64,000 bases of DNA from Oscillospiraceae bacterium (GCA_963655605.1 CAVKGJ010000103.1:9437-73436), one strand, 5' to 3'. Counted from the stretch's first letter, positions 1 through 12,069 are shown. Translations and numbers: made by a program. Notes: generated from the sequence alone by a model not told the origin.

Positions 1-369
1 GTACGGAAAGCGTTGACCAATGCACCGGACTGCAAGATCATCCTTTTCTCCAGTGACAGGGACATGTTAAACAAGCTGGATGAAGCGCTATGGACTTTTT
101 CGGATTCGGATTTCCTGCCACACGCCATGATCGGCGACAGGCAGGCCTTCCGTTCTCCTGTCGTCCTCACTCCGGATGATCACGGCGAAATGCCCCATTA
201 CGGGATTCTGGTCAACCTTTCGGCAACGGTACCTGCCTGTTATGCCCGGTTCGACCGGCTCATCGAACTGATCTCGACGGATCCTGCCGACACAGCAGCT
301 GGTCGCCAGCGATACGCCCATTACCGGGAACGTGGATATACACTTCATCATGAAATTGCCAAACAATGA
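1..369 (+). CDS. holC: DNA polymerase III subunit chi (5'-truncated by window edge)
   Basis: LDEALWTFSDSDFLPH, LVNL, F.RLIE and GRQRY..YRERGY are HolC motifs. The frame is open to base 1 (VRKAL...). Confidence 0.9.
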   Translation, partial: VRKALTNAPDCKIILFSSDRDMLNKLDEALWTFSDSDFLPHAMIGDRQAFRSPVVLTPDDHGEMPHYGILVNLSATVPACYARFDRLIELISTDPADTAAGRQRYAHYRERGYTLHHEIAKQ

Positions 370-827
370 ACAGTTCAAAACCCGCCACCCCTGAAGACAA
401 CCCGATAATACGCGATATCGGACACCAGAACGCCGGAGTGGATTCTTCTGGAACAGACGATTATCCCGTTCTGACCGAAATACTGTCGACATTGCCTGAC
501 CTGACTGATGCCGCGCGCAATGAAACGGCATGGAGCGAACTTGAACAGCGTCTGTCTGAAAGAATCCTCAAACGCATCGAGGAGCGCATCCAGTTCGTGC
601 TTGAAGAAATCATCCAGCAGAATCTGGCCGCCTGTATCCAGAACATGACAGGAACGCTCGTAACGGAAATCAAAAAAGACCTGCAAAGCACTCTGGACGT
701 CGTTGTCACTCATGCGGTTACGGATGAACTTCACAGACTGAGACAAAAAGAATTTTTTTCCGAAAGCAATCATCTTAAAATAACGGAAAAAAACGGGGAC
801 GGTATCGACCAGGACCCAAACAGATAA
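366..827 (+). CDS. hypothetical protein (DUF2486-like), short PVLTE motif plus helical C-terminal region
   Basis: ATGA overlap with holC. YPVLTEIL motif resembles the holC-downstream protein of Burkholderiales. Confidence 0.6.
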   Translation: MNSSKPATPEDNPIIRDIGHQNAGVDSSGTDDYPVLTEILSTLPDLTDAARNETAWSELEQRLSERILKRIEERIQFVLEEIIQQNLAACIQNMTGTLVTEIKKDLQSTLDVVVTHAVTDELHRLRQKEFFSESNHLKITEKNGDGIDQDPNR

Positions 828-842
828 ACAAAGAGGCAAATT

Positions 843-2114
843 GTGAAAGTCATCGTACTAGGATCGGGTATTACAGGAACGGCGGCAGCCTGGTTTTTGC
901 GTCAGGCAGGGCATGATGTTACTGTCATCGAACGTCGCCCGGGCGCTGCGCAGGAAACAACATTCGGAAATGGATCGCAAATTTCCGTATCCCACTCCGA
1001 ACCCTGGGCCAACCCTTCTGCGCCATCGAAAATCCTGAAATGGCTCGGCAAGGATGACGCTCCTCTGTTGTACCGGTTCCGCGCAGAACAGCTTCAATGG
1101 GAATGGGGCGCACGCTTTCTGCTGGAATGTACTCCCAAACGGACTGCGCACAATACGCGTCAATGTGTCGCCATGGCGGATTTCAGCAAGAAAACTCTGC
1201 GTGTACTCAGGGAAGAAGCCGGCATCGAATATACCCATCTGCATCGCGGAATCATGCATTTCTATACCGACAAGGCCGATTATGAATCTTCCAAAGCCGG
1301 TGCGAAACTGATGACATCTCTGGGATGTCCTCGCAATACCATCACTCCGGACGAAGTCATCCGGATTGAGCCTGCACTTTCACCGGTCAGGGACAAGCTG
1401 ATCGGCGGAGACTTCACGCCTGATGACGAACATGGTGATTCCCGCGAGTTCACGATTGCCCTGTCCGGGAAAGCCCGTGAAAAGGGTGTTGAATTCCGTT
1501 TCAACACAACCGCTACCCGGCTGCTGGCAGAAGGAACCGGTGCTGCATCACGGATCCGCGCTGTGGAAACCATTACACCAACCGGTGAATTCGAGGTACT
1601 CGAGGCAGATGCCTTCGTTATTTCGCTGGGCAGTTTTTCTGCACCTTTCCTGAAACCACTCGATATTCATCTGATGATCTATCCCGCCAAGGGATATTCC
1701 GCAACGTTCCCGGTCAAGGATCCGGACAAGGCACCTTATGTCTCACTGATCGATGCCGGTCACAAACTCGTTTTTTCACGGTTGGGCAACCGCCTGCGCG
1801 TCGGCGGTACCGCGGAAATGAACAGTTACGGTCGCCAGCTCAATGAAGCACGCTGCCAGGCCCTGATCCGCCGTACATCGGAACTGTTTCCGGAAGCCTG
1901 CGATTATGACCAACCGCATTTCTGGACAGGCCTTCGCCCGATGACACCGTCCAATATTCCCTATATCGGGAAAACCGGATACAGCAATCTCTTTCTGAAC
2001 ACCGGTCACGGCACGCTGGGATGGACCATGGGCTGCGGTTCCGGTCGCGCGATTGCCGATATTGTTTCCGGAAAACTGCCCGAGGTCGACTTCGAATTTT
2101 GTGGAATGAAATAA
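843..2114 (+). CDS. dadA: D-amino acid dehydrogenase (FAD-dependent, DAO family)
   Basis: N-terminal GSGITG Rossmann motif, YPAKGYS, WTGLRPMTP, NTGHGTLGWTMGCGSG. GTG start with AGAGG RBS. Confidence 0.85.
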   Translation: MKVIVLGSGITGTAAAWFLRQAGHDVTVIERRPGAAQETTFGNGSQISVSHSEPWANPSAPSKILKWLGKDDAPLLYRFRAEQLQWEWGARFLLECTPKRTAHNTRQCVAMADFSKKTLRVLREEAGIEYTHLHRGIMHFYTDKADYESSKAGAKLMTSLGCPRNTITPDEVIRIEPALSPVRDKLIGGDFTPDDEHGDSREFTIALSGKAREKGVEFRFNTTATRLLAEGTGAASRIRAVETITPTGEFEVLEADAFVISLGSFSAPFLKPLDIHLMIYPAKGYSATFPVKDPDKAPYVSLIDAGHKLVFSRLGNRLRVGGTAEMNSYGRQLNEARCQALIRRTSELFPEACDYDQPHFWTGLRPMTPSNIPYIGKTGYSNLFLNTGHGTLGWTMGCGSGRAIADIVSGKLPEVDFEFCGMK

Positions 2115-2119
2115 GCGGT

Positions 2120-2515
2120 ATGTCAAAAAAAAAGGTTTCTGACCGGCAGGATTGCCCCTGCGGAGGTCTGTCGTTTGAACATTGCTGCAAACCCTGCCTG
2201 GATGGCAATGCTGTCGCGAAAGACGCCCTTTCCCTCATGCGTTCCAGGTACAGCGCCTATGTGATGGGAAATGAACATTATCTTCGCGAAACATGGGTTG
2301 ATGAAAACCGCCCGTCAGGAACCATTATCGAAAAAAACTCGCCACTCAAATGGATGGGACTGAAAATTATCCGTCATCAGGAACATGAAGACAGGGCAAT
2401 CGTGGAATTTATCGCCAGTTACAAACAGAACGGCAGAATGCAGAAACTGCATGAAATAAGCCGTTTTATTAAAAAGAACGGGCGATGGTACTATTTTGAC
2501 GGCACTTTTTTCTGA
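2120..2515 (+). CDS. ychJ: YchJ family protein (SEC-C motif plus NTF2-like domain)
   Basis: CPCG..F..CC, LMRSRYSAY, VEFIA, LHEISRF, WYYFDG. Start moved to ATG 2120. Confidence 0.85.
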   Translation: MSKKKVSDRQDCPCGGLSFEHCCKPCLDGNAVAKDALSLMRSRYSAYVMGNEHYLRETWVDENRPSGTIIEKNSPLKWMGLKIIRHQEHEDRAIVEFIASYKQNGRMQKLHEISRFIKKNGRWYYFDGTFF

Positions 2516-2518
2516 CAT

Positions 2519-3880
2519 ATGGCAAACAAGCTCAACGTGAAACATTCACATCTCCGATCCATCGGCTGGATTGAACGGAGCCTGAAAAATGTCTGGCATC
2601 CCTGTACCCAGATGCAGCATCACGAAACACTCCCGCTCGTGGCACTCAAAAGCGGCAAGGGTATTTGGCTTTACGATCAGGACGGCAACCGTTACCTGGA
2701 TGCGATCAGCTCATGGTGGACCAATCTGTTCGGACATGGAAACCCTTTCATCAGCAAGGCCGTAAAAGATCAGCTGAATACGCTCGAACACGCCATGCTG
2801 GCCGGCTGTACACATGAACCGGTCGTCGAACTTTCGGAAAAGTTGTCAGCCTTAACCGGTTATACACTGGGTCACTGTTTTTATGCATCGGATGGCGCAT
2901 CGGCAGTCGAAATTGCGCTCAAGATGAGCTTTCATCACTGGAAAAACAGTGGTCTGCCTCAAAAACAGGAATTCATCTGTCTGCAAAACAGTTATCACGG
3001 TGAAACGATCGGTGCCCTGTCCGTTACAGACGTTACCCTTTTCCGTGACTCATACGCTCCATTGATCCGGAATTCACACATTGTCGAATCACCGGATAAT
3101 AGGAAAGCGAAAGACGGTCAGTCTGCCAGTGATATTGCCATCCACGCGGCAAACAGGCTCGAAGCCCTTCTGCAGGAAAAATCGGACCGAATAGCGGCTG
3201 TCATTGTTGAACCGCTTGTCCAGTGTGCCGCCGGATTCGTGATGTATTCTCCGGAATATCTGAAACGCGTCCGCGAATTGTGCGACCGTTACAAGGTTCA
3301 TCTGATTGCTGACGAAATCGCTGTCGGATTCGGCAGAACCGGAAGCTTCTTTGCCTGCGAACAGACAGGTATCTGGCCGGATATGCTGTGTCTGTCAAAA
3401 GGGATTACCGCTGGATATTTGCCGCTGTCCGTTGTCATGACGACAGACAGGATATACAACGCCTTTTATGACCGCGACATTACTCGCGGATTTCTTCATT
3501 CCCATTCATATACCGGCAATCCGCTTGCCTGCCGTGCGGCACTGGCAAGTCTCGAGCTTTTCAGACTTCACGATGTCATCAATCACAACCGGACTATTTC
3601 AGGCAAAATCAGCGATGCACTAGATTCCCTGAAACAACATCCGAAAGTGCGGCATTTCCGCAATCGCGGAATGATCTGGGCATTCGATGTCGAAATGTCT
3701 CCAGAAAAACAGGCGGTTTTCCCACGACGTTTTTTCGAAACCGCACTTGAACACGAACTGCTGATGCGCCCCATTGGCAATACAGTCTATCTGATGCCTC
3801 CGTACATTCTTAACGACACGGATATTGAGTTGCTTGCAGCAAAAACCATAACTGTATTTGAAAAGGTCATACAGGCGTGA
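2519..3880 (+). CDS. bioA: adenosylmethionine-8-amino-7-oxononanoate aminotransferase
   Basis: VWHPCTQM, DAISSWW, YHGETIGA, LIADEIAVGFGRTG, LSKGITAG (PLP lysine). Confidence 0.95.
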   Translation: MANKLNVKHSHLRSIGWIERSLKNVWHPCTQMQHHETLPLVALKSGKGIWLYDQDGNRYLDAISSWWTNLFGHGNPFISKAVKDQLNTLEHAMLAGCTHEPVVELSEKLSALTGYTLGHCFYASDGASAVEIALKMSFHHWKNSGLPQKQEFICLQNSYHGETIGALSVTDVTLFRDSYAPLIRNSHIVESPDNRKAKDGQSASDIAIHAANRLEALLQEKSDRIAAVIVEPLVQCAAGFVMYSPEYLKRVRELCDRYKVHLIADEIAVGFGRTGSFFACEQTGIWPDMLCLSKGITAGYLPLSVVMTTDRIYNAFYDRDITRGFLHSHSYTGNPLACRAALASLELFRLHDVINHNRTISGKISDALDSLKQHPKVRHFRNRGMIWAFDVEMSPEKQAVFPRRFFETALEHELLMRPIGNTVYLMPPYILNDTDIELLAAKTITVFEKVIQA

Positions 3881-4563
3881 ATCCGATATCTTATTTCATT
3901 ACCGGTACAGACACTGAAATCGGAAAAACAACTGTATCCTGTGCACTTGTCAGGAACCTTGTCGGAAAAGGGCTGCGCGTCGCGGTCATGAAACCAGTCG
4001 CAGCCGGCGCCTCACAGCTTGACGGAATCTGGCACAACGAGGATGTGGATGCGCTGATGCATGCCTCCAACATGAATCTGCCCGTATCGCTGGTTTCCCC
4101 TTTTCTCCTGCGTACACCGATAGCGCCGCATCTGGCTGCCGTACTGGACAAACGTGTTATCGACCTTCCGCATATCCTGTCCTGTTACCGTGAAATCAGC
4201 CGCTGCGCCGACGCAGTTATCGTAGAAGGAGTCGGCGGTTTTTGCGTTCCTTTCTCTGAAAGCACTTCAAGCGCCGATCTCGCTGTACAATTGAACCTTC
4301 CGGTTATTCTGGTTGTCGGACTGAAGCTTGGTTGTATCAATCATGCGCTATTGACGGCAGAAGCCATTCGAGCCAGGAATCTGAAACTGGCCGGATGGAT
4401 CGCCAACCGGATAGAACCTGATATGCCTTTTGGAAACGAAAACGTCCGAACGCTCGAATCACGTCTGAATGCACCAAGGCTAGGAACCATTCCCTATCTC
4501 GAATCATTTTCGCAGACCGATACTTATCTGAACCTGAACGATTTGCCAGACTGGCCGTTATAA
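3877..4563 (+). CDS. bioD: dethiobiotin synthase
   Basis: FITGTDTEIGKT, KPVAAG, VEGVGG, LGCINHALLT. GTGA overlap with bioA. Confidence 0.95.
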   Translation: MNPISYFITGTDTEIGKTTVSCALVRNLVGKGLRVAVMKPVAAGASQLDGIWHNEDVDALMHASNMNLPVSLVSPFLLRTPIAPHLAAVLDKRVIDLPHILSCYREISRCADAVIVEGVGGFCVPFSESTSSADLAVQLNLPVILVVGLKLGCINHALLTAEAIRARNLKLAGWIANRIEPDMPFGNENVRTLESRLNAPRLGTIPYLESFSQTDTYLNLNDLPDWPL

Positions 4564-4584
4564 AAACGATTGAAAGAATATCCC

Positions 4585-5637
4585 ATGTCACAACCTATCA
4601 CTTTTTATCGCCATACAGAAGCAACCGCCATGCCGGAACCTGAAACATGGCCTGTCAAGGAAATTCTTGCACTTTACGAACTGCCGTTTCATGAACTGAT
4701 GTTCCGTGCCCAGGAAATCCATCGCGCCCATTTTCCGGACGGCGATGTCGAACTGGCAACCCTGATATCCCTGAAAACAGGCGCCTGCACGGAAGATTGC
4801 GGATACTGTTCCCAATCCATACACCACAACACGGATGTCACCCCAAGCAAAATGCTTGATCTGGAAACGGTTGTAACCGCGGCACAAAGAGCGAAAGATA
4901 ACGGCGCCACCCGATTCTGTATGGGAGCATCCGGCCGTTCTCCCAACGACCGTGACTTTGACAAGTACCTGAAAATCGTCCGCGCTGTCAAGGCACTTGG
5001 CCTTGAAACCTGTATGACACTCGGCATGTTGAAAGAAGAACAGGCTGAAAAACTGAAGGAGGCCGGTCTTGATTACTACAATCACAACCTGGATACGGCA
5101 CCCAGCCACTATGCCAATATCATCTCGACAAGAACCTATCAGGACAGACTGGATACCCTCGGTCGGGTCCGCAAGGCAGGAATCAAGGTCTGTTGCGGCG
5201 GAATTATTGGTATGGGTGAATCAAGACAGCAACGTGCGGAACTGATTTCCCAGCTTGCCAACCTGAATCCGTATCCCGAAGCTGTACCAATCAATCATCT
5301 TGTCCCGATTGAGGGAACGCCCCTGTTCAATGTCAAACCGCTTGATCCTCTTGAATTCGTCAGAACGATCGCCGTGACAAGAATCGTCATGCCGGAAGCA
5401 AGAGTCCGCATGTCTGCCGGACGCCACGAACTGGGAGAAGCCATTCAGGCGCTGTGTTTCCTGGCGGGAGCGAACTCGATTTTCTATGGTGAAAAACTGC
5501 TCACAACAGATAACTCCGAAGCCGATGAAGATCGTGCCCTGCTGGCAAAACTGGGACTGAAAACACACGTGTCAACCGAGGTGAAAGCGAAAATGCCCGG
5601 CATAGGGGAACACGACCATGCGCATTCTGTACTATAA
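4585..5637 (+). CDS. bioB: biotin synthase (radical SAM)
   Basis: CTEDCGYC radical SAM motif, [30 protein letters not shown]. Start taken at ATG 4585. Confidence 0.95.
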   Translation: MSQPITFYRHTEATAMPEPETWPVKEILALYELPFHELMFRAQEIHRAHFPDGDVELATLISLKTGACTEDCGYCSQSIHHNTDVTPSKMLDLETVVTAAQRAKDNGATRFCMGASGRSPNDRDFDKYLKIVRAVKALGLETCMTLGMLKEEQAEKLKEAGLDYYNHNLDTAPSHYANIISTRTYQDRLDTLGRVRKAGIKVCCGGIIGMGESRQQRAELISQLANLNPYPEAVPINHLVPIEGTPLFNVKPLDPLEFVRTIAVTRIVMPEARVRMSAGRHELGEAIQALCFLAGANSIFYGEKLLTTDNSEADEDRALLAKLGLKTHVSTEVKAKMPGIGEHDHAHSVL

Positions 5638-6547
5638 CGAAGGAGAAAATCCGGCTGAATGGTTGCGGGAACTGAAAACTGCACTGCCAGAGGCCGAAAT
5701 CCGTCTGTGGCAACCTGGTGACGATGCCCCTGCAGATTACGCGCTGGTATGGAATCCGCCAGCATCGCTGTTTCGGAACAGAACCGGACTGAAAGCCATC
5801 GTCAACCTTGCTGCCGGGGTTGATTCCCTCCTTGCCATGGATTACGTGACTAAAGCAAATGTCCCCATTTTCAGGCTCGAAGATGCAGGAATGGCGATCC
5901 AGATGGCTGAATATGTTACCTACGCCGTCCTTCGTTATTTCCGCCGTTTCGACAAATATGAAAAACAGGCACGGCAAAAAACATGGGAAATGCTCGAACC
6001 CCGTGAACGGAAAAATTTCACCATTGGAATCATGGGCCTGGGTATCATGGGAACGGCCGTAGCCAATGCACTCAGACCATTCGGCTTCCCGCTCCGAGGC
6101 TGGAGTCGCAGCAAGAAAAACATGCCTGGCATCGACTGTTACGCTGGCCAGGAACAAATGCATGCATTCCTTGACAATGTTTGCATTCTGGTCTGTGTCT
6201 TGCCGCTAACCGCTGAAACGGCAGGCATACTCAACCTGGACAACTTCTGCCACCTTGAACATGGCGCCTGTCTGATCAATGCAGGGAGAGGAGCCCATCT
6301 TGTCGAGAACGATCTGATGGAAGCGATGCGGACCGGCCTGATCCGTGCAGCGACACTGGATGTCACAGGCATGGAGCCGCTCCCGCCAGATCATCCGTTC
6401 TGGAGCCATGACAACATTACAATCACACCCCATATCGCTGCATTGACCTTCTGTCACGAAACCGTGAAACAGATCGCCGGTCTCATTCATGCGCTTGAAA
6501 GAGGCGAAACACTCACTTCACAGGTCGATCCCCAAAGGGGGTACTGA
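5618..6547 (+). CDS. ghrA: glyoxylate/hydroxypyruvate reductase A (D-2-hydroxyacid dehydrogenase)
   Basis: [46 protein letters not shown]-terminal RGY. Confidence 0.85.
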   Translation: MRILYYNEGENPAEWLRELKTALPEAEIRLWQPGDDAPADYALVWNPPASLFRNRTGLKAIVNLAAGVDSLLAMDYVTKANVPIFRLEDAGMAIQMAEYVTYAVLRYFRRFDKYEKQARQKTWEMLEPRERKNFTIGIMGLGIMGTAVANALRPFGFPLRGWSRSKKNMPGIDCYAGQEQMHAFLDNVCILVCVLPLTAETAGILNLDNFCHLEHGACLINAGRGAHLVENDLMEAMRTGLIRAATLDVTGMEPLPPDHPFWSHDNITITPHIAALTFCHETVKQIAGLIHALERGETLTSQVDPQRGY

Positions 6548-6604
6548 AAAGGGAGTTTCTATCTGAAAAACGACCGCATGAAACCATGCCGCCGTTCGAA
6601 ACAG

Positions 6605-6778
6605 GAGCCCCGCCTGTGCCGCTATGTCGGCATCTTGAACCGAAGGTTCAAGGTGGTCACGGTAAGCCGAATTTCGGGTTCATCGAACGAGCGATGCGCA
6701 CGCCCATCCAGCAAAATTCCGCAACCTGTGCTCAGAAATGGTTCAAAGAATATATGACAATCACGAACACCGCAGGGT
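6605..6778 (-). ncRNA. ssrS: 6S RNA
   Basis: Minus strand reads ACCCUGCGGUGUUCG...AUAUUCUUUGAACC...GUGACCACCUUGAACCUUCGGUUCAAGAUG...CACAGGCGGGG. Complementary ends, conserved position downstream of zapA. Ends approximate. Confidence 0.85.
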
Positions 6779-6784
6779 AGTTTC

Positions 6785-6812
6785 AGTCTACCTGAATAAG
6801 AACTTCTGTCAA
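6785..6812 (-). promoter_or_regulatory. sigma70 promoter of 6S RNA
   Basis: TTGACA (6812-6807), 16 bp spacer, TAGACT (6790-6785). Predicted start near 6778 matches the 6S 5' end. Confidence 0.75.
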
Positions 6813-6840
6813 CCGCTTTGTCCCGGAAATCTACATCGTG

Positions 6841-7152
6841 TCAGAAAAGATCCTCCTGGGGAGCGAGTGCCTGATCCAGCATACTGTTCATGGCATCCAT
6901 TTTCTGTTTGATCTCGGACATGGTCATTTCAGAGAGCGGACCATTCGGCGATTTCGTCGACAGCAACTCAGCCGCAATGGAAAGCGAAGCCATGACGGCA
7001 ATCCTGTCGTTTCCCTTTATTTTTCCGGAATCCCGAATCGTGCACATCTTCCCGTCCAGATAGGCGACCGCTTCTCTCAGTTTTCTTTCCTCGTCCTCAT
7101 GGCATGCCAGACGATAATGCTGCCCCATGATCGTCACATCGATCTGTATCAT
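6841..7152 (-). CDS. zapA: cell division protein ZapA
   Basis: IDVTIMGQHYRLAC, AVAYLDGKM, RIAVMASL. Lies next to ssrS. Confidence 0.9.
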   Translation of the reverse strand: MIQIDVTIMGQHYRLACHEDEERKLREAVAYLDGKMCTIRDSGKIKGNDRIAVMASLSIAAELLSTKSPNGPLSEMTMSEIKQKMDAMNSMLDQALAPQEDLF

Positions 7153-7370
7153 TCGGCACCCTCCTTGTCATCATCCTTCGCTACCGGCAGCGTTTGCATC
7201 AGGGAAGAAACCCGCTGATGGGCACTTTCCATCCTTTCCATCAGCTGCCTGTTTTCCAGCTTGAGTTCCGTATTTTTCAATCTCAAATCGGCATTTTCCC
7301 TTCTCAAGGTATGAGTCAGGCTGGCCAACTGGCTGATTTTTTCCGACAACAAGTCAAATTCTGAAATCAT
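7149..7370 (-). CDS. ZapB-like/DUF904 coiled-coil protein
   Basis: Short heptad coiled coil (LRRENADLR) overlapping the zapA start. Start at 7370 or 7376. Confidence 0.7.
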   Translation of the reverse strand: MISEFDLLSEKISQLASLTHTLRRENADLRLKNTELKLENRQLMERMESAHQRVSSLMQTLPVAKDDDKEGAE

Positions 7371-7568
7371 TTTCAAATGTCGCAGTAGAAATTAAGGTTG
7401 CAAAACCGGTAAAAGGACTGGTTGCACGACGATATGCTCTTGTGTACCATTTTTACCCCAGATTCTAACCCTGCACGAACAATTTTCAGAAACATTTTGT
7501 TCAATTCGAATAATATGCTGTTATCCATGAGTCCAAAAGACGGGATTTTTCATTTCACCCGATAAAAC

Positions 7569-8258
7569 ATGCCTGTGTCAAACTCATCCATGAACATTTC
7601 CATCATCACTATCGACGGCCCGACTGCCTCGGGAAAGGGAACTGTTGCACAAATTGTTGCGGAGAAACTGCACTTCCATTATCTCGATTCCGGTGCATTG
7701 TACCGCCTGACAGCCCTGTCAGTAATGCGTTCGGGCATTGCTCCGGATGATATCGACCAGGTTGCCTCGATTGCGACTCATCTGCCTTGCCGTTTTGCAA
7801 AAAAAAGAGTTTTTCTTGGACAGGAAGACGTCACTGAAGCGATCCGTACGGAAAAAGTCGGAAATACTGCATCCATTATCGCAACCTTTCCAAAGGTACG
7901 AAAGGCCCTGATCGATCTGCAAACCGGTTTCAGAAAAGCACCGGGACTGGTTGCGGATGGACGCGATATGGGAACAGTCATTTTTCCTGAAGCCGATCTC
8001 AAGATATTTCTGACCGCGAGTGTGGACATTCGCGCGGAAAGAAGATATAAGCAGTTGTTGGAAAAAGGAATTCCTGCTAGTATTGACAGCCTCCGAAAAG
8101 ATTTGATCGAACGGGACCAGCGGGATACCTGCCGCAAGGAAGCGCCGCTTGTCCCGGCAAAGGATGCAATAACGCTCGATACTTCCACACTGGATATCGA
8201 TGAAACCGTTAAATGTGTCTTGGACCTGTTCGCTCGGAAAAACAATAAATGCAGTTGA
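7569..8258 (+). CDS. cmk: cytidylate kinase
   Basis: ITIDGPTASGKGT, LDSGALYR, LVADGRDMGTVIFP. Lies upstream of rpsA. Start could be 7590. Confidence 0.95.
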   Translation: MPVSNSSMNISIITIDGPTASGKGTVAQIVAEKLHFHYLDSGALYRLTALSVMRSGIAPDDIDQVASIATHLPCRFAKKRVFLGQEDVTEAIRTEKVGNTASIIATFPKVRKALIDLQTGFRKAPGLVADGRDMGTVIFPEADLKIFLTASVDIRAERRYKQLLEKGIPASIDSLRKDLIERDQRDTCRKEAPLVPAKDAITLDTSTLDIDETVKCVLDLFARKNNKCS

Positions 8259-8366
8259 GGCCATGATGGCCTTCTTGGCCCCGTCAAGGTGCAAGGCCTT
8301 TTCGGGTGTTTATAAAACCTAACCCGGTTTTTCTCTCTGGGATAACCGGTTTTTCACAATTAATAT

Positions 8367-10076
<1,710 letters not shown>

Positions 10077-10089
10077 TTACGGGTGTACG

Positions 10090-10383
10090 ATGACAAAATC
10101 CGAATTGATCGTTTCTCTGGCAAACAGCTATCCGCAATTGCTTGCCAAAGATGCCGAACTGACAGTAAAAACCATACTGGACGCTATGGCGTGTGCTTTG
10201 GCTGAAGGCCAGCGCATCGAAATTCGTGGTTTTGGCAGCTTTGCATTGAGTGTCCGGCCGCCACGGATCGGACGCAATCCACGTTCCGGCGAAAAAGTGA
10301 TGGTCGAAGAAAAACGGGTGCCTCACTTCAAACCCGGAAAGGAATTGCGCCAGAGAGTGGATTCAGTGGCAAAACCGGACTGA
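10090..10383 (+). CDS. ihfB: integration host factor beta
   Basis: [36 protein letters not shown]. Confidence 0.97.
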   Translation: MTKSELIVSLANSYPQLLAKDAELTVKTILDAMACALAEGQRIEIRGFGSFALSVRPPRIGRNPRSGEKVMVEEKRVPHFKPGKELRQRVDSVAKPD

Positions 10384-10414
10384 TCGCCTGCTGCTCCGGC
10401 CAGGCTTTCAATCG

Positions 10415-10442
10415 AAAAGGGCATCTTCGGATGCCCTTTTTC
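10415..10442 (+). terminator. intrinsic terminator after ihfB
   Basis: AAAAGGGCATC-TTCG-GATGCCCTTTTTT, a perfect stem with cUUCGg loop and U tract. Confidence 0.9.
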
Positions 10443-10500
10443 ACGTACAATCTACATTTCTTTCGAAAATGCGATACACACCCGTTACAAGGACTGAATC

Positions 10501-10821
10501 ATGAAGTGGCTATCTCGTATAATTGCATTGGCCCTTTTCATATTCTTTTTCGTGCTTGCACTGAAAAATACACAAGAAACCGCCTTATACTTTTTCTGGG
10601 GATATGAGTTGCGCGGTCCGCTTGTTCTGGTCGTACTCTGTTTCTTCATTACAGGCTGTTTTCTCGGTCTGCTGGCCATGATACCTGTCATTTTCCGGAG
10701 CCGCCGGGAACTGTCCAGACAACGGAAAAGAATCGCTGAACTGGAACGTTCTCCTGAAATCCCGCAAGAAAAGAATGAACCGTTTCCGGCCGGTGCGGTT
10801 TCCAAAACAAACATTGAATAG
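10501..10821 (+). CDS. lapA: lipopolysaccharide assembly protein A
   Basis: Two hydrophobic segments, ALKN, PLVLV. Lies between ihfB and lapB. Confidence 0.85.
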   Translation: MKWLSRIIALALFIFFFVLALKNTQETALYFFWGYELRGPLVLVVLCFFITGCFLGLLAMIPVIFRSRRELSRQRKRIAELERSPEIPQEKNEPFPAGAVSKTNIE

Positions 10822-10842
10822 TTTTTTTATTTTAGGCATCGT

Positions 10843-12018
10843 ATGGAATTCGAAATCTGGTGGCTGTTGAGTATCCCGATTTTTTTCGGGCTTGGCTGGA
10901 TTGCCGCACGTATCGATATCAAACAACTGCTTTCCGAATCACGCAGTCTTCCAAAAGGTTATTTCAAAGGACTGAACTTCCTTCTGAATGAACAACCTGA
11001 CAAGGCTATCGATGCATTCATCGAAATCGTGAAACTGGATCCGGAAACGGCTGAACTGCATTTCGCACTGGGCCACCTATTCCGGCGCCGAGGAGAAACG
11101 GAACGTGCTATCCGTATGCACCAGAACCTGTTACTCCGCCCCGACCTTCCTCCGGAACAGCGCATGCAGGCACAATATGAACTTGGACAGGACTTTCTGA
11201 AAGCCGGTCTTCTCGACAGGGCTGAGGAAATTTTCCGCGAATTGACCGAAACGCCCTATTCCATACAGGCGCGTCGCGCCCTTCTGGAAATTTTCCAACG
11301 CGAAAAAGAATGGAGACAAGCCATCGATGCCGCCAAGGCCCTCCAGAATTCCGGGACAGGAAACCGTAACAAGCAGATTGCCCAGTTCTATTGTGAACTG
11401 GCTGAAGACGAACTCGTCAATACACATCCGGAAAAAGCGCTCCCGTTGCTGGAAACCGCTCTCTCGATCGACAGAATGAGCGTACGTACCACAATACTCA
11501 CAGGTGATGCCCTGATGGCTCTTGGCAAACCCGAAGAAGCGCTTGCAACCTGGCGACGGGTAGAAAAACAGAGTATGCCGCACACTGTTCTGGTCGCCCA
11601 ACGTCTTATGGACGGATTCCAGTCCGTCGGACGTCCCCAGGAAGGTATCAGCCTTCTGAAATCCTATCTGTTCGAGACGGCTTCGATCGATTTGCTCGAA
11701 GTCCTTTTCAAGGCGGTACTAAAGCAGGAAGGTGTAGAGACTGCCAACACACTTGTACATGATGAATTGAGAAGAACACCGACATTGCTTGGTCTGGACA
11801 AACTGCTTGAGGCGCAATTGCTGGTCGTGCCGCCCGAAATCCGCGAAGATTTGTCTTTTGTCCGAAACCTGGTACAGCGATATGCTTCCAGACTGTCTCG
11901 TTATCAATGCAATCATTGCGGTTTCGAGGCACGACAATTCTACTGGCAATGTCCCGGTTGTCATCAGTGGGAAACCTATCCGCCGAAACGGGTGGAAGAA
12001 ATGAAACTGTCATCATAA
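10843..12018 (+). CDS. lapB: lipopolysaccharide assembly protein B
   Basis: N-terminal TM, YFKGLNFLLNEQPDKAI, TPR repeats, C-terminal rubredoxin CNHCG...CPGC. Confidence 0.95.
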   Translation: MEFEIWWLLSIPIFFGLGWIAARIDIKQLLSESRSLPKGYFKGLNFLLNEQPDKAIDAFIEIVKLDPETAELHFALGHLFRRRGETERAIRMHQNLLLRPDLPPEQRMQAQYELGQDFLKAGLLDRAEEIFRELTETPYSIQARRALLEIFQREKEWRQAIDAAKALQNSGTGNRNKQIAQFYCELAEDELVNTHPEKALPLLETALSIDRMSVRTTILTGDALMALGKPEEALATWRRVEKQSMPHTVLVAQRLMDGFQSVGRPQEGISLLKSYLFETASIDLLEVLFKAVLKQEGVETANTLVHDELRRTPTLLGLDKLLEAQLLVVPPEIREDLSFVRNLVQRYASRLSRYQCNHCGFEARQFYWQCPGCHQWETYPPKRVEEMKLSS

Positions 12019-12069
12019 AACGGCACGCACTTTCGATATATCCGAACCCTTTGCATCCGCAAAACTACC

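Noticed and set aside
2125..2133. A9 tract at the ychJ start as a phase-variation site
   Set aside because: In frame (Lys codons) in a conserved gene, with no evidence of slippage from one sequence.
6586..6780. 64-aa ORF downstream of ghrA
   Set aside because: Lies antisense to the 6S RNA, which explains the sequence.
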